A stretch of 64,000 nt of DNA, taken from Eledone cirrhosa (taxonomy: Eukaryota). Both the position numbers and the translations under genes were made by a program. How positions within the stretch are numbered: the stretch's first letter is position 1; every line of letters starts with the position of its first letter. The stretch spans positions 3,038,001 through 3,102,000 of the forward strand of contig OZ024751.1 in assembly GCA_964016885.1 (NCBI GenBank). The letters run 5' to 3'. The notes under the pieces are model-generated. The model worked only from the letters and a program-made list of their open reading frames with translations, made no database searches and had not been told where the DNA came from. Positions 30,193 through 43,255 of the stretch are shown here, in pieces.

Positions 30193-31169
30193 TAATTGTT
30201 TCTTCTTTTGGCACAAGGCCAGCAAATACCCAGTGTATTTTATCGACCCCGTAAGGATGAAAGGCAAAGTTAACCTCGGCGGGATTTGAACTCAGAATGG
30301 AAAGAAGAATAATGTAAATAAATTTGTTGAATGAAAATGACAGAGGTTATTAAAATAGTAAAAGTAACAATATTTAAGATTTATACAATTATATATATAC
30401 ATACACACGTTCGTATGTGTGCGGGTATATGTGTCGTGTCTAGTATACGTACGTGTGCGCGTGTTTATGTGTATGTACATCTATATGTACGTACGGTGTG
30501 CGTTTTCGCGTATCCACGTGTATGTATGTATCCACGTGTGTGTATGTATATATATAATTGTGTGCCTAAAGTAGAAACAATTATTACTTTTATGATGTCA
30601 TTTTCGTTCAACAAATTTATTTACATTACTGGCAGATAAACCACCCAACGGGTGGTTTTCTGCTAGCCTGTGCAGTGTGCATATTGATATTATACGCAAG
30701 CATATATACATGTAGATATGATATCAAATAAAATCGTAATTGACAATATACATAGAAATTGAACGAATACTGTGTTACACTGTCTTATGTAATCAGTAAC
30801 GTAAAGTAAAAAAAGACGATATTATATATAAACTGCATTAGGAGAAAATTAGTGATGGAAATATATGAATGTTTATTTAAACGATCGCTAACCGGAAGTT
30901 TTGACATTTGAACATTTTAAAGAAATGAATCTTAAAATAAGTGATAAAATTATTTATATTTAATCAAGAATAACGAATTTAGTAGATAAATTATGTAATA
31001 TTCATTTAGGGTCGATAAAATAAAGTACCAGTAATACACTGGGTAATTGCTGGCCTTGTGCCAAAAGTAGAAACAATTATTTATTTAAAGTAATCCAACT
31101 TATTTTACAAACGGGATGAAAAAAAAAATATTTTGGGCGCTGTCCCGCACTCCTCTCTTTATTATAGTT

Positions 31170-31492
31170 TAGATTCTTAACTCCGAAACTGAGAATCATT
31201 CGGTTTCCTAAATAGAATATTAGTCTATGACTCCATTTATACCACAAGCATGGTTTTCCTTTGCGTGTGATTGTTCTTCCGTTCCACATAACGACGTATT
31301 ATCTTCGCTTTTTTCCGTTCATTGTCAGGGAACGTCTTCACGAACCAAAGTATCGTCTTCCTGCTTTCCTTCGATTGCAACGTTTTTCGAAATATTTACG
31401 TCTGCGTCCACAAATTGATTTTTTTTAGTTTCAGAAGATCCCGTTAAGGGTGAAAGCAGCGATTCTTTGCTTAAACTTTAATCTGTTATTTT
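31170..31492 (-). repeat. Inverted copy of the 29876-30192 repeat
   Basis: Reverse-complement match over ~320 bp. Confidence 0.8.
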
Positions 31493-31589
31493 AATAAATA
31501 TTTTCTCTATGGTTTTATATATTTTGATATATATATATTATCCTTATCGAGGCCGCTTCGGATTTTAGTCTTCACATTTATTATTATTA

Positions 31590-31712
<123 letters not shown>

Positions 31713-31961
31713 CCTATGTATATATATATATCGGAGTTATATATATAAAACCTGCGGCTCATAGTTACCGATGATGTTGATCTTTTCTTCTTTTCGGGTT
31801 ATAGCTACTCTCGCTCAGAGAGTGGGATTGGCTCATTGCACAGACTTTCGTCACTTTAAAAAATATCTTCACGCACGCACAGGCATTTCACGATAGAATT
31901 AATTAATTATTATCAATAATGGTATATCGTGCAATGGCCATACTCAATAACGAGGGGGGCA

Positions 31962-31994
<33 letters not shown>

Positions 31995-32085
31995 AGCGAA
32001 AACCAACCAAACAGTGAGTGTGTTCTGTTATTAATTGTGACAATATGATTACACAAATATGACTCTCCCCAAGTATAATAATAAT

Positions 32086-32140
<55 letters not shown>

Positions 32141-32364
32141 CGGCTCACCTGCGAACCATACGTTGCACAGTTACATACCGTACGTGACCCACATGTGTGA
32201 TTGGTTTGCCGCGGCACAGTGGATAAAAACTAATGGGTGTAGATCTTCGGGAATAAAAAGTGATGAACATATTTTTACGCAGAAAGATAGAGAGAGTAAC
32301 TTCGAAGCAGCCTCAATTTCACAGTGTCTTCTTGTTCACCAATATGGCGGCCATAACAGTTCCG

Positions 32365-32688
32365 TTATTTACTATAAACACTTAATATACCCATGGCAAC
32401 GCTGTGTTCATGTGCTTTAAGTCGTAAAGAAGCAATACTTGAACTGCGTCGTTCAGTGTCCGAGCAGTGATCCAATCCTCTGACCGGTAAATTATTGTTG
32501 AAAAATGTAGAGGTTTGGGCCTGAATCGATGGTCCTTGAGATCGAGGTTGTTGTGAAGTTTGTTGTAGATGGCTAGGATTTGCTAGACCCATGAAACTAG
32601 GGAGATCTGTGTGAGGTGCCATGCATGAACTGGAGATTGTAAGCGGATTAGAAGCAACACATTTGTTTGACCAAGCGCTGTCTAGGAT
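32365..32688 (-). CDS. Terminal coding exon of a paired-like homeobox gene with an OAR domain (aristaless/Arx-like)
   Basis: Polypyrimidine acceptor ctttcctttgttatttcag|ATC (phase 0). The reading frame ends ERRSSSIASLRLKAHEHSVAMGILSVYSK*, which matches the OAR motif SSIAxLRLKAKEH. The homeobox exons were not found in this window. Confidence 0.85.
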   Translation of the reverse strand: MLDSAWSNKCVASNPLTISSSCMAPHTDLPSFMGLANPSHLQQTSQQPRSQGPSIQAQTSTFFNNNLPVRGLDHCSDTERRSSSIASLRLKAHEHSVAMGILSVYSK

Positions 32689-32761
32689 CTGAAATAACAA
32701 AGGAAAGATAGATAAGTTGTGACAAATGGATTTAAAACTTTCAGTATAAGAGAAATAATGA

Positions 32762-33549
32762 TTTCTACATTAGGTACAAGTACAGTAATTTTGGAGAAAG
32801 AGGACAGATTAAAACCGACCCCAGTTCGTTACTGGTACTTTATTTCATCGACCCCGTAAGGATGAAAGGTAAAGTTGACCTCAGCGAGATTTGAACTCAG
32901 AACGTAACGAGATGTAACTATATGTCGCAAAGCATGGTGTCTGACGCTCTATCGATACTGCCAATCTACCACCCTTTAATAATGGTTTCTTATTTAGGCA
33001 CAAGGTCAGCAATTTTGAGGGAGGGGAAAGTCGATTAAATCGACCCCAGTGCGTGACTGGTACTTTATTTTAGCGACCTCGTAAGGATGAAAGGCCAAGT
33101 TAACCTCGGCAGGATTTGAACTCAGATAATAAAGGGCCGTAACTCTATGCTGCAAAGCATGGCGTCCGACCCTCTACCGATACTGCCAATCTACCGCCCT
33201 CACCACCCTTTAATAATAATAATAGTAATTGTTTCTCCTTTAGGAACAAGGCCAGTAATTTGAAGGAGAGTGGAAAGTCGATTAAATCGTCCCCTGTCCG
33301 TTACTGATACTTTATTTTATCGACCATGTTAGGATGAAAGGCAAAGCTAACATCAGGTTAGATTTGAACTCGGAACGTAAAGGGATGTAACGATATGTCT
33401 TTTACATTCTGAGTTCAAATCCTGCCGAGGTTAGCTTTACCTTTCATCCTCACGGGGTCGATAAAATATAGTACCAGTAATGCACTGGGTCGATTTAATC
33501 GACTTCTCCCTCCCCAAATATTGTTGGCCTTTGCCTAAATCAGAAACCA
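32762..33549. mobile_element. Cluster of four tRNA-type SINE copies (three on minus, one partial on plus)
   Basis: A-box-like tggcagtatcggtagag, B-box gagttcaaatcc and core tttgcctttcatccttacggggtcgataaaataaagtaccag. Confidence 0.85.
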
Positions 33550-34210
33550 TAATTTATCTTTAAAATAGTAGAAATCATTAATAAAAACAATGCTTTTTAT
33601 TGTTTAAATTCCTACTGGAATTGATTGAAGTGAGGCTCTCTTAACTGGAATACTCAATAGTTTCTTATATAACTGTTTATTTTGTACGGTTTTCTACTTC
33701 AGTAGAAATACATTAAGTAATGGACATAATACTGGCTGTAGAGTGAAGAAGACTCAATCGGCGAAACTTCGAAATAAACAGTAAACATTGATGATAAATA
33801 TTGGCTTTCTGTACATACGTTTAACTATATATAAATGCGTTTGTGTGTGTGGTTGCATGTATATGTGTGTCCATGTGGTGAGTGTGTATATATATATGCA
33901 TGTCTCCACGTGTATGTGTATGAGTGCGGGTGTATCAGAATGTGTGTGTTTCTACGTGAGATTTATAAGATAGATAGATAGACAGATAAATAGATAGATA
34001 TGTTTATAGATAGATACACAGGTACATAAATAAATAGATAAATATACAGATAGACAGATAGATAGATAGATAGAGAGCTAATGTGTTACAACAATACATA
34101 ACTCAGAATACACTTTTTTGTCTTGCATCCTTATGCCAATTGTTCCTTGTTAGAAACGGCACTAAAGCCTACTTTTAGTCCGGTTTCTGTACACACACAC
34201 GTATATAATA

Positions 34211-34247
<37 letters not shown>

Positions 34248-34248
<1 letters not shown>

Positions 34249-34391
34249 ACGAAGGAAATGTGGTAAGGAACCAGGTGGACCATAACGCACCAAAGTACTC
34301 AATACATGAGGTAGTAGAGTGGGTAATGATTTTAGTCCAGAATTAGCCGTCGAAACGGCTTGAGCTCAGCTGTCGGGGTCTTACTGGTTCC

Positions 34392-34392
<1 letters not shown>
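34248..34392. mobile_element. Rearranged PLE-terminus-like repeat (family also at 44750-44890, 49263-49465, 52750-52804)
   Basis: Shares the blocks gtggtaaggaaccag...gtactcaatac...gagtggg and agccgtcgaaacggcttgagctcagccgtcgggg, and is flanked by (TA)n. Confidence 0.6.
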
Positions 34393-34422
<30 letters not shown>

Positions 34423-34439
34423 TATATATATATATATAT

Positions 34440-34504
<65 letters not shown>

Positions 34505-34801
34505 TGAAACAAAATGAAAACGAAATTTCATTTCTCACTCTTAGTATGGCACTTACTTAAATGTAAGTATGCATGTATACGTACATACATATATGTATAC
34601 AGACGTACAGTAGCATGCACATATATATATATATATACATATATACATACATATGCATACAGGTACACATACATATATGCACGTATCAGTTTAGCGGCGC
34701 TAACGTCGCTTTGTTCGTTTGTAAACAAACTGAACAGCCTGAATTTATGCCATACGGTGTTAAGGCAACCACGTCACCTTTTTGTTCAACACTGACACAG
34801 G

Positions 34802-34846
34802 AACGATGTACTAGTTTCAAGCTTGTTAGCTATCATCAGCACCGTT
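34802..34846 (-). ncRNA. Minimal type I hammerhead ribozyme
   Basis: Minus strand reads aacggtg CTGATGA t-agct-aaca-agct-t GAAA ctag TA catcgtt. Confidence 0.85.
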
Positions 34847-35267
34847 TACCCATCTGCCAGATAGTTGAACGTTCGAAAGTATATACTTTCCTTATGAAAA
34901 TTAACGGCTGAGCAGCCTAATTTGCATATTGAGTGAGTTAAATCGGTCAGGCATACCGAAAACGATAAATTGAAACAAAATGAAAACGAAATTTCATTTC
35001 TCACTCTTAGTATGGCACTTACTTAAATGTAAGTATGCATGTATACGTACATACATATATGTATACAGACGTACAGTAGCATGCACATATATATATATAT
35101 ATACATATATACATACATATGCATACAGGTACACATACATATATGCACGTATCAGTTTAGCGGCGCTAACGTCGCTTTGTTCGTTTGTAAACAAACTGAA
35201 CAGCCTGAATTTATGCCATACGGTGTTAAGGCAACCACGTCACCTTTTTGTTCAACACTGACACAGG

Positions 35268-35312
35268 AACGATGTACTAGTTTCAAGCTTGTTAGCTATC
35301 ATCAGCACCGTT
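35268..35312 (-). ncRNA. Minimal type I hammerhead ribozyme
   Basis: Identical to the motif at 34802-34846. Confidence 0.85.
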
Positions 35313-36276
35313 TACCCATCTGCCAGATAGTTGAACGTTCGAAAGTATATACTTTCCTTATGAAAATTAACGGCTGAGCAGCCTAATATATATATGTATT
35401 TGTGCGTATACACACACCCCTTATATTATTAGTTCATTACAAGCAAGGAGTTATTGTTGCTGTTGTTTCCCCTTTCCTACTTCCAACTGACAAGAAAGCT
35501 GGTTGAAAAGCATATCAGATAGCAGTGAAAATATTGACAGAACTAATCCTTGCTCTTGCTTACACGCTTAATCGGATATAGAAGACTATACTATACGAGT
35601 GTGGAATTGAGGCAGGGAGGCATGAAGCTTCATCAATTCCAATGTATGTTTTTAATTGCTAATTTGACTGTCTTTTCTTCTGTCTTACCCTTTGCCAAGA
35701 AAACAACAATGCCGTTAAAGAAACAATCAACGATCTTTTGAACAGCTTCTTCCTTTAAAGATACGGAGCCGTGCTTTCACGCTGTGCGAAACTGAACGAT
35801 CAGCAGACAACGTGACCACCCGGGACGCTAACTTGTTTGAAACTTGAAAGAATAGCTGGCATCCTAAATAAAGGGACAGGGGGTACGTCTCTTTGAAAAG
35901 TTATACAAACGGTTTTTTTTCCACTGACGTCCTCTATCGCCGCTATCGCCTCACATACTTTCTGTTCACTTAACGTCAATTGTCGTCTGCTCAAGTAATG
36001 GTGGATGTTGTCTTTCCTTCATTTAATTTTTCAACCTTTTTATTTTTTGTTTCCGTTAATTTTTGAAGGTTTGACATTTCTTCTCCTTTCTTTTTTTGTA
36101 CGAATGACGTTTCAAGAAAGAAAGTGTTAACTGAGTATGTGTGTAGCATATACGGTTAAATTCCCATACACTCGCACACACACAATGTGAGGGGATATAT
36201 ATGTGTGTGTATGTGTTAGTATGCGTGTGTATCAGCTTGCATGTTGATGGGTTAATACTGTAATGAACTAGTCTGA

Positions 36277-36311
<35 letters not shown>

Positions 36312-36877
36312 CCGATACCATAGCACCGACCAAAAAATTGTGTTTTGAAAAGATCACTTTAATTAGTATAGAGAGAACAATATGGTGACCAGCCAAGCAA
36401 TCAACAGAGAAAAAACAACATCGAAACCATGTCTTGTTATTTCTTAACAATCATCTTAACATGTTCTTGAGGGTGGTAATCTGGTATATTACATGTTATC
36501 GCATCACTCAGTGACTACTTCAAACACAGACAGACAGACACACTCTCCCTCTCTCTCCTGCCTATAAATATAATATAATATGATATAATATCTCCTTATA
36601 ATATATAACCAGCAATTTCTCTGTCTGTCTGTCCGACAGTGGAAACACGTGCGCGCGTGGTTGCTATCTCTCTCTCTCTCCAGCTATCCCTCTCTTTTAG
36701 TCTGTCTGTTTCTCTCACTCTCACTCTTTCTCTTTGTAACACACTAACATTCCTCCCCTCTATCGCTGTGACGAATGGGGAGGAGGAGGAGGAGGAGGAG
36801 GAGGAGAGAGTCACTTCGTCACATCACCTCTGCCTTTCTTTCTCTCCCCTCTCAGTCCCTCATTACGTACAGACATT

Positions 36878-37066
36878 AGGGCGGTGGATTGGCAGAATCT
36901 GTAGAGAGTCGGTCACCATGCTTCATAGCATGGAGTTACGTTCCTTTACGGTCTGAGTTCAAATACCGCCGAGGTAAACTTTGCCTTTCATCCTCACGGG
37001 GTCGATAAAATAAAGTACCAGCAATGTACTGGGTAATTGCTGGCCTTGTGCCAAAAGTAGAAACAA
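36878..37066 (+). mobile_element. tRNA-type SINE
   Basis: A-box-like tggcagaatc, B box gagttcaaatacc, and the family core. Confidence 0.85.
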
Positions 37067-37219
37067 TTATTAGAAACATTGCTTCATTTTTACATATCTA
37101 AGCATTAGTAAAATAACTAATAATTTCAAAAGTAATTTTTCAATTCCAATTGTTATGAACAGCAAAACATTAATAATAATTTTGTTCTAAGAAATATATA
37201 TACATTTCTGTGTGTGTAA

Positions 37220-38600
37220 TCTATATATATAAAACTGTGGTTGTCTGTCTGTCTATCGATTTTTGGCACACATCTCCTCTTAGAATCTCTCACCGAAATT
37301 GCTATACTTGTACATTGAGCCCTAGCGAAGACATCGGAAAAAAAAAATTTCAAATTGACCCACCCTATGTGACGAAATCGAATATAATGTATCGATTTTT
37401 GAGCGTAAGTTATCAGTTATTTCCCTTTGTTCTGTTTACATTGAGCGTCTTACGTAAAAAATTACGCTGGCTTTCTCAGCGTTTAAAATGACATTAACAC
37501 AATACACGAACAGTTGTCGAGCCAGCAAAATATTGACCTGCAAAATTCATCAGTTCGAACACTAAGCTTCCGTTTTGCTTCATTTCCATTTAAAAGCATT
37601 TTAAAACAATATTTTTACTTGAAAACAAGTCTATTTAAAGACTACGTAAAACAAGCAAATATTTCGTCGTTAGGCGTGCAGACAGACAGTCGTGCAGACA
37701 GACAGTCGTGCAGAGAGGTGATATACGCGTGCAGACAGACAGTCGTGCAGAGAGGTGATATAGGCGTGCAGACAGACAGTCGTGCAGAGAGGTGATATAG
37801 GCGTGCAGACAGACAGTCGTGCAGAGAGTTGATATAGGCGTGCAGACAGACAGTCGTGCAGAGAGGTGATATAGGCGTGCAGACAGACAGTCGTGCAGAG
37901 AGGTGATATAGGCGTGCAGACAGACATAACTGATAATTTGGTTACGCTAATGTTTTTCTCTGCGTTGCAGTGTTTACATTTTCGATCTTTGTTAATAAAT
38001 AACCAGTGCAGTTTCTATCCCCAGCATCCTCTTTTGTTATAACATTCGGGTTATCGTTATGTTTTCTTAACTTCATAAGGCATATTGTTGGTTGAGGGAA
38101 TATTAATCAAAAACACCACATGCAAGTCTGCACAGTAGACACTACAGTTTTTAAGCCAAGAAAGAAACTTAACATTGTAACTTTAACACAGCTACTGAGC
38201 GACCCCGAGCAACGCCGGGCTTTCATGCAGAGAGGTGATATACGCGTGCAGACAGACAGTCGTGCAGAGAGGTGATATAGGCGTGCAGACAGACATAACT
38301 GATAATTTGGTTACGCTAATGTTTTTCTCTGCGTTGCAGTGTTTACATTTTCGATCTTTGTTAATAAATAACCAGTGCAGTTTTTATCCCCAGCATCCTC
38401 TTTTGTTATAACATTCGGGTTATCGTTATGTTTTCTTAACTTCATAAGGCATATTGTTGGTTGAGGGAATATTAATCAAAAACACCACATGCAAGTCTGC
38501 ACAGTAGACATTACAGTTTTTAAGCCAAAAAAGAAACTTAACATTGTAACTTTAACACAGCTACTGAGCGACCCCGAGCAACGCCGGGCTTTACTGCTAG
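37220..38600 (+). mobile_element. Non-autonomous Helitron-like element
   Basis: Starts a|TCtatatatataaaac and ends with the subterminal hairpin cccgagcaacgccggg followed by CTAG|t, so the insertion lies between A and T. Confidence 0.75.
37671..37925 (+). repeat. 37-bp minisatellite inside the Helitron-like element
   Basis: aggcgtgcagacagacagtcgtgcagagaggtgatat repeated about 6 times. Confidence 0.9.
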
Positions 38601-38746
38601 TATATATATAGACTAGAACTGTTTCATTCTTGAGAAATCACCAGGAATATATATATATATATATATATATTGGTTAGTTTCAGAAGATCCCGTTAAGGGT
38701 GAAAGCAGCGATTCTTTGCTTAAACGTTAATCTTTTATTTTAATAA

Positions 38747-38798
<52 letters not shown>

Positions 38799-39056
38799 GT
38801 AGGTATCTAATATATTAATAATATATATATATATATGTGTGTGTGTGTTATATGTGTGTGTATGCGTGTGTGTGTGTGTGTTATATGTGTGTGTATGCGT
38901 GTGTGTGTGTTATGTGTGTGTGTGTATGTGTGTGTGTATGTGTGTGTGTACGTGTGTGCGTGTGTGTGTTATATATGTGTGTGTGTGTTATGTGTGTGTG
39001 TATGTGTGTGTTTTATATATGGGTGTTTGTGTATATATAATATATATATATATATA

Positions 39057-39243
39057 ATTGTTTCTACTTTTTGGCACAAGGCCAGCAAATACCCAGTACA
39101 TTACTGGTACTTTATTTTATCGACCCCGAAAGGATGAAAGGCAAAGTTAACCTCGGCAGGATTTGAACTCGGATCAGAAAGGGGCGTAACTCTGTACTAC
39201 AAAGCATGTTGTCCGACCCTCTACCGATACTGCCAAACCACCA
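39057..39243 (-). mobile_element. tRNA-type SINE (further partial copies at 30195-30297, 31003-31077, 39543-39644)
   Basis: Same family core, reverse complement. Confidence 0.85.
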
Positions 39244-40432
39244 ATATATATATATATATTATATATGTATATTATGTGTGTCTCTCTATATATATACATA
39301 TATATAGGTTTAAGTGTGCATGTACGTGTGTATGTGTGTCTTAACGTGTGTGCATATGTGCGTATGTATGAGTGTGTGTATGGTATGCGTGTGTGTCTGT
39401 GTGTATCTGTGTAAGTGTTTGTGTGTGTGTGTGTGTGTACAGGAATTCATATGTTTCCTAAAATATGTCTGTATGCTTAATTTTTCTTAAAAATTATAAA
39501 CTGGTTCTTCCTGTCAGAGATAATAATCTGATTTGAGAATAATTGTTTCTACTTTTGGCACAAGGCCAGCAATTACCCAGTGCATTACTGGTACGTTATT
39601 TTATCGACCCCGTAAGGATGAAAGGCGAAGTTAACCTCGGCGGGTTAACCTGATTTGAGAATAATGCATCTCAAAATATGAACATGGGTGTATATATATA
39701 TATGTATGTGTGTGTGTGTCTGTGTTTGTGTTTGTGTGTTTGTGTGTGTGTTAAATATGACACGACACTCGCACACAGAACAGTGTGGCCATTGTCGTCA
39801 TTGAAATATATATCACAGCATTATTATTAAAGGACTTGAACATCTGAAACTACTTCGCTTTTCCTTATTCGATATTTACTCCGTCACTCCTATGTGGAAA
39901 AAGTACGTTGAGTGCTTGAATTGAATTGCATCAATGTTTACCCTAATATATATATATATATGTATGCTTGGTACATATATGCTTGGTAAACACAGGTCTG
40001 TGCTGAAGGTGTTGCTGTACTCCGTCTCCGAATATAAGGGTGGTGCTGATGTTTCACCAGGCGATGAAGTATGTCTGTATATGTTTCGGCCCCTTCCGCT
40101 GAGATACCACAGCTACTCGGGACCTTCCAGTGTTGTAGGCGACGAACTCCCTGCACAACAGCACAATCTTTGGTGAGTCTGATGTGACTCCGTCCACATC
40201 AACGCGTCAGAACACTTTGAAATTTGATGGGTCTGGTGTTATGACGCCGAGCGTGACGTCTCCATCAACCTCAATGTGTCAGGTACACCATTCACGTATA
40301 TATATATATACATATATATTAAGATGGCTAACTGAATACGAACGTGTTTTTTCACCCTTTTTTCTCATTTTCACCCGTTCCTGCCTATTCTCACTCTTTA
40401 TCTCTTTATTTTGTCTTTTATTTCTAACTCTC

Positions 40433-40468
40433 TCTTCTGATGACCGACTAGTGTCCGAAACGTTAAGA
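40433..40468 (+). ncRNA. Minimal type I hammerhead-like motif (PLE pLTR type)
   Basis: tctt CTGATGA cc-gac-tagt-gtc-c GAAA cg TT aaga, with a palindromic AACGTT stem III. Confidence 0.55.
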
Positions 40469-40504
40469 CTCTTCTCCTGCTATTTCATATATGTATATAA
40501 AGAA

Positions 40505-40636
40505 AGCAAGTGGATTCGGGGTTAGGGTGCTGGGCTGACAATCGTGAATCCCGGACCTGGCGGCGTATTATGTCTTTCAGCAAGACACTTTACTTCACCT
40601 TGTTCATCCGATCTATTCAGTTGGGGGAAATGAATT
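40505..40636 (+). mobile_element. Degenerate SINE of a second family (CORE-like central domain)
   Basis: tRNA-like head followed by agcaagacactttacttcaccttgttc. The family assignment is recalled from memory only. Confidence 0.45.
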
Positions 40637-40638
40637 AT

Positions 40639-40872
40639 ATCACAGGTACCAAACTCTTTTGATTTTTACCTTTGTAATGTCACAGGTACCACGTTATATC
40701 GATATTTACCTTTGTAATGTCACAGGTACCACGTTATATCGATATTTACCTTTGTAATGTCACAGGTACCACGTTATATCGATATTTACCTTTGTAATGT
40801 CACAGATACCACGTTATATCGATATTTACCTTTGTAATATCACAGGTGCCAAGTTATATCAACATTTAACTT
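40639..40872 (+). repeat. 40-bp minisatellite, ~5.8 units
   Basis: gtcacaggtaccacgttatatcgatatttacctttgtaat repeated. Confidence 0.9.
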
Positions 40873-41092
40873 TCCTTTGGAACAATAAATGTTATAACGC
40901 GTCTGGCAATCGATCACCATGGAATGTATCGATATAAATCATATTATTACATGGATCTATTGCTTTTTACTCAATGAACCTTCGAATGATAAGATAATTA
41001 ATAGATTGGACCTCTGTCGGTTTTGACGATGAGTGTTCCATTTGTTCAATCCATGGAACAACATGCTTGTGAACTTAATGTTTTAGTAAAAA

Positions 41093-41393
41093 CTAGCAGA
41101 ATGGCCCGGCGTTGCTCGGGATGTGCTCTAGGGTTCTTATATATTTGATATATATTTATCCTTATCGAACCTCGTGAAATAAATACGTTTGTTTATATTT
41201 TGTTATGTATGCAAAAATATCTGTACACGAATATATAATTATATATATATATATATATATATTAAAATAACAGATTAAAGTTTAAGGAAAGAATCGCTGC
41301 TTTCACCCTTAACGGGATCTTCTGAAACAAAAAAAAAAATCAATCTGTGAACGCAGAAGTAAATATTTCGAAAAACGTTACACACTATATATA

Positions 41394-41433
<40 letters not shown>

Positions 41434-41726
41434 AGCGTCATAATGTCGTAATGCAGACAGCCAGACATACAGACAGATATTATAAGGGCGCAACGTTATA
41501 TCTATGTATCTATCTAAAAAGAAAGACTAAGAATTATAGAGAGAGATCGCTAAATCGCCTAATGCGGTCCCTAGGGCATTGAAAATTTGAAAACTTTTCC
41601 TCTGAAAACACTCACAGGACCATAAGTATTTCATGTATAAAGTTTGAAAACATCGGTTGGGTGGTTCTCGAGTTTTAGCGAGCTGACAGACAGACAGACA
41701 GACATACTCTGTTTTAGATATATAGA
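41093..41726 (-). mobile_element. Helitron-like element, possibly composite
   Basis: Minus strand starts a|TCtatatatctaaaac...gtctgtctgtc and ends cccgagcaacgccggg-ccattctg-CTAG|t, with termini similar to 37220-38600. Confidence 0.6.
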
Positions 41727-42188
41727 TTGGCAGTATCGGTAGAGCGTCGGACAATATGTTTTGTGGCATAGAGTTATGGTCCTTTACGTTCTGAATTCAA
41801 ATCCTGCTGAGGTTAGCTTTGCCTTTCATCCTTACGGGGTCGATAAAATAAAGTATCAGTAATGCACTGGGGTCGATTTCATCGACTTTCCCCTCTCCCC
41901 CAAATTGCTGGCATTATGCCTAAATTAGAAATAATAATAATTATTATTATTATTAAAGCACCAGTAAGGTGGTGGATTGGTAGTATTGGTAGGGGGGTCG
42001 GACGCCATGCTTTGCAGCATAGAGTTACGCCCCTTTATAGTCTGAGTTCAAATCCCGCCGAGGTTTACTTTGCCTTTCACCCTTACGGCGTCGATAAAAT
42101 AAAGCACCAGTGATGCACTGGGGTCGATTTATTCGACTTTTCCTTCCCCTTAAAAAAATTGCTGGCCTTGTGCCTAAATTAAAAACAA
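41725..42188 (+). mobile_element. Two tandem tRNA-type SINE copies
   Basis: A/B boxes and family core at 41725-41930 and 41968-42188. Confidence 0.85.
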
Positions 42189-42894
42189 TTATTAAAGCAC
42201 CAGTAATGCATCAACAACCAGCTTAGAAAAATAAAGTATTATTCAATTTTCCTACTGTTTTATTTAACTACGGTCGGGTCCCAAATAACGTGGAATAATC
42301 TTGAGGAGTTATATACGGTAATTCTTTTAGGTTGTCTCTGTTGATTTTTTAAAATACTAGAATTAGTCGTTTATTTACATATTGAGACAAAAACCCATCC
42401 TATTTATTTTATAACGCATAGGATTTCTAGTAATGTGTTTTTTTTTCTCTCAAACATAATGTTATTTTAATGTATAAAGAAATTTAATTGTCGCAGGAAT
42501 AAATTAAAATTTTGCCGGAGATAGATTAACAAAATTTAATAAGCGCGGGGGCGGGGTTGGAATAAGAGCGATGGGGTTGGAAAAAATCCGAAAAATTAAT
42601 AAACAGGGGTGGGGGAGGATTATTCGAGACTCAAGAGTATTTAGAAGAATTATTTATTCATTAAACAAAATGAAAATGAACAACTGTTAATTCTGCATGA
42701 TCCATGTATTAAACTTTATATTGCTGATGGTTATATCACAGCGAGTCATGGAATTAGTTGTGGTTCCGACAGACAAAATAATGTGATATTGCACTGAAAG
42801 TACCACTTCATCTTGTGGAGTTCATTCTTATGGATAGCCATCTTGAATTTAGTAGAGCTGGAGGTGGGAATCTAGGCCAATTCGAGATTCCAGC

Positions 42895-43255
42895 CTGTCT
42901 GATGTTTCCAAAGTTGCAGGTTAAAAAAGAACATATGAGAAAGCAAAGAGGTGGTGGTTGAGAGGCCTAGGATACCAGATGCTTCCACCGGTGTAGATGT
43001 AAAAAGAAAACTCCTGGAGAGCAAACAGGTATGGTTCAGAGTTCTAAAACACCAGATGTTTCCAGCGCTGAAGATTCGGAAAGAAAACGTTTAGAGAGCA
43101 AGCAGGGTGTTTCAGAGGCATATGATACCAGATGCTTCCACCGGTGTATATATAAGAAGAAAAAAAAACCGTCAAAGAGTAAGCAGGAGGTGGTTCAAGG
43201 TCCCATGACACTAGATGTATCCAGCGCTCAGGGATCGAAAGGAAAACTTTCAAAG
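42895..43255 (+). repeat. Degenerate ~77-bp tandem repeat, ~5 units with alternating variants
   Basis: The core (cca)gatgYttcca recurs at ~42901, 42978, 43055, 43131 and 43215. Confidence 0.65.

Larger units (their letters stand above)
34500..35387 (-). mobile_element. HHR-containing tandem repeat (retrozyme-like family A), ~1.9 units of 466 bp
   Basis: Direct repeat with period 466, one HHR per unit, flanked by (TA)n. Confidence 0.85.

Noticed and set aside
33735-33775. gtgaaga...gcgaaac and the 49050-49090 minus-strand ctgatgg...gaaa as hammerheads
   Set aside because: Core mismatches and no supportable stems.
35690-36020. Coding-like minus-strand stretch as an upstream exon of the OAR gene
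   Set aside because: No homeodomain or other recognisable motif, and stops in the candidate frames.
42480-42620. Possible DNA-transposon terminus (...ttattcgagactcaagagta)
   Set aside because: No matching second terminal repeat was found in the window.
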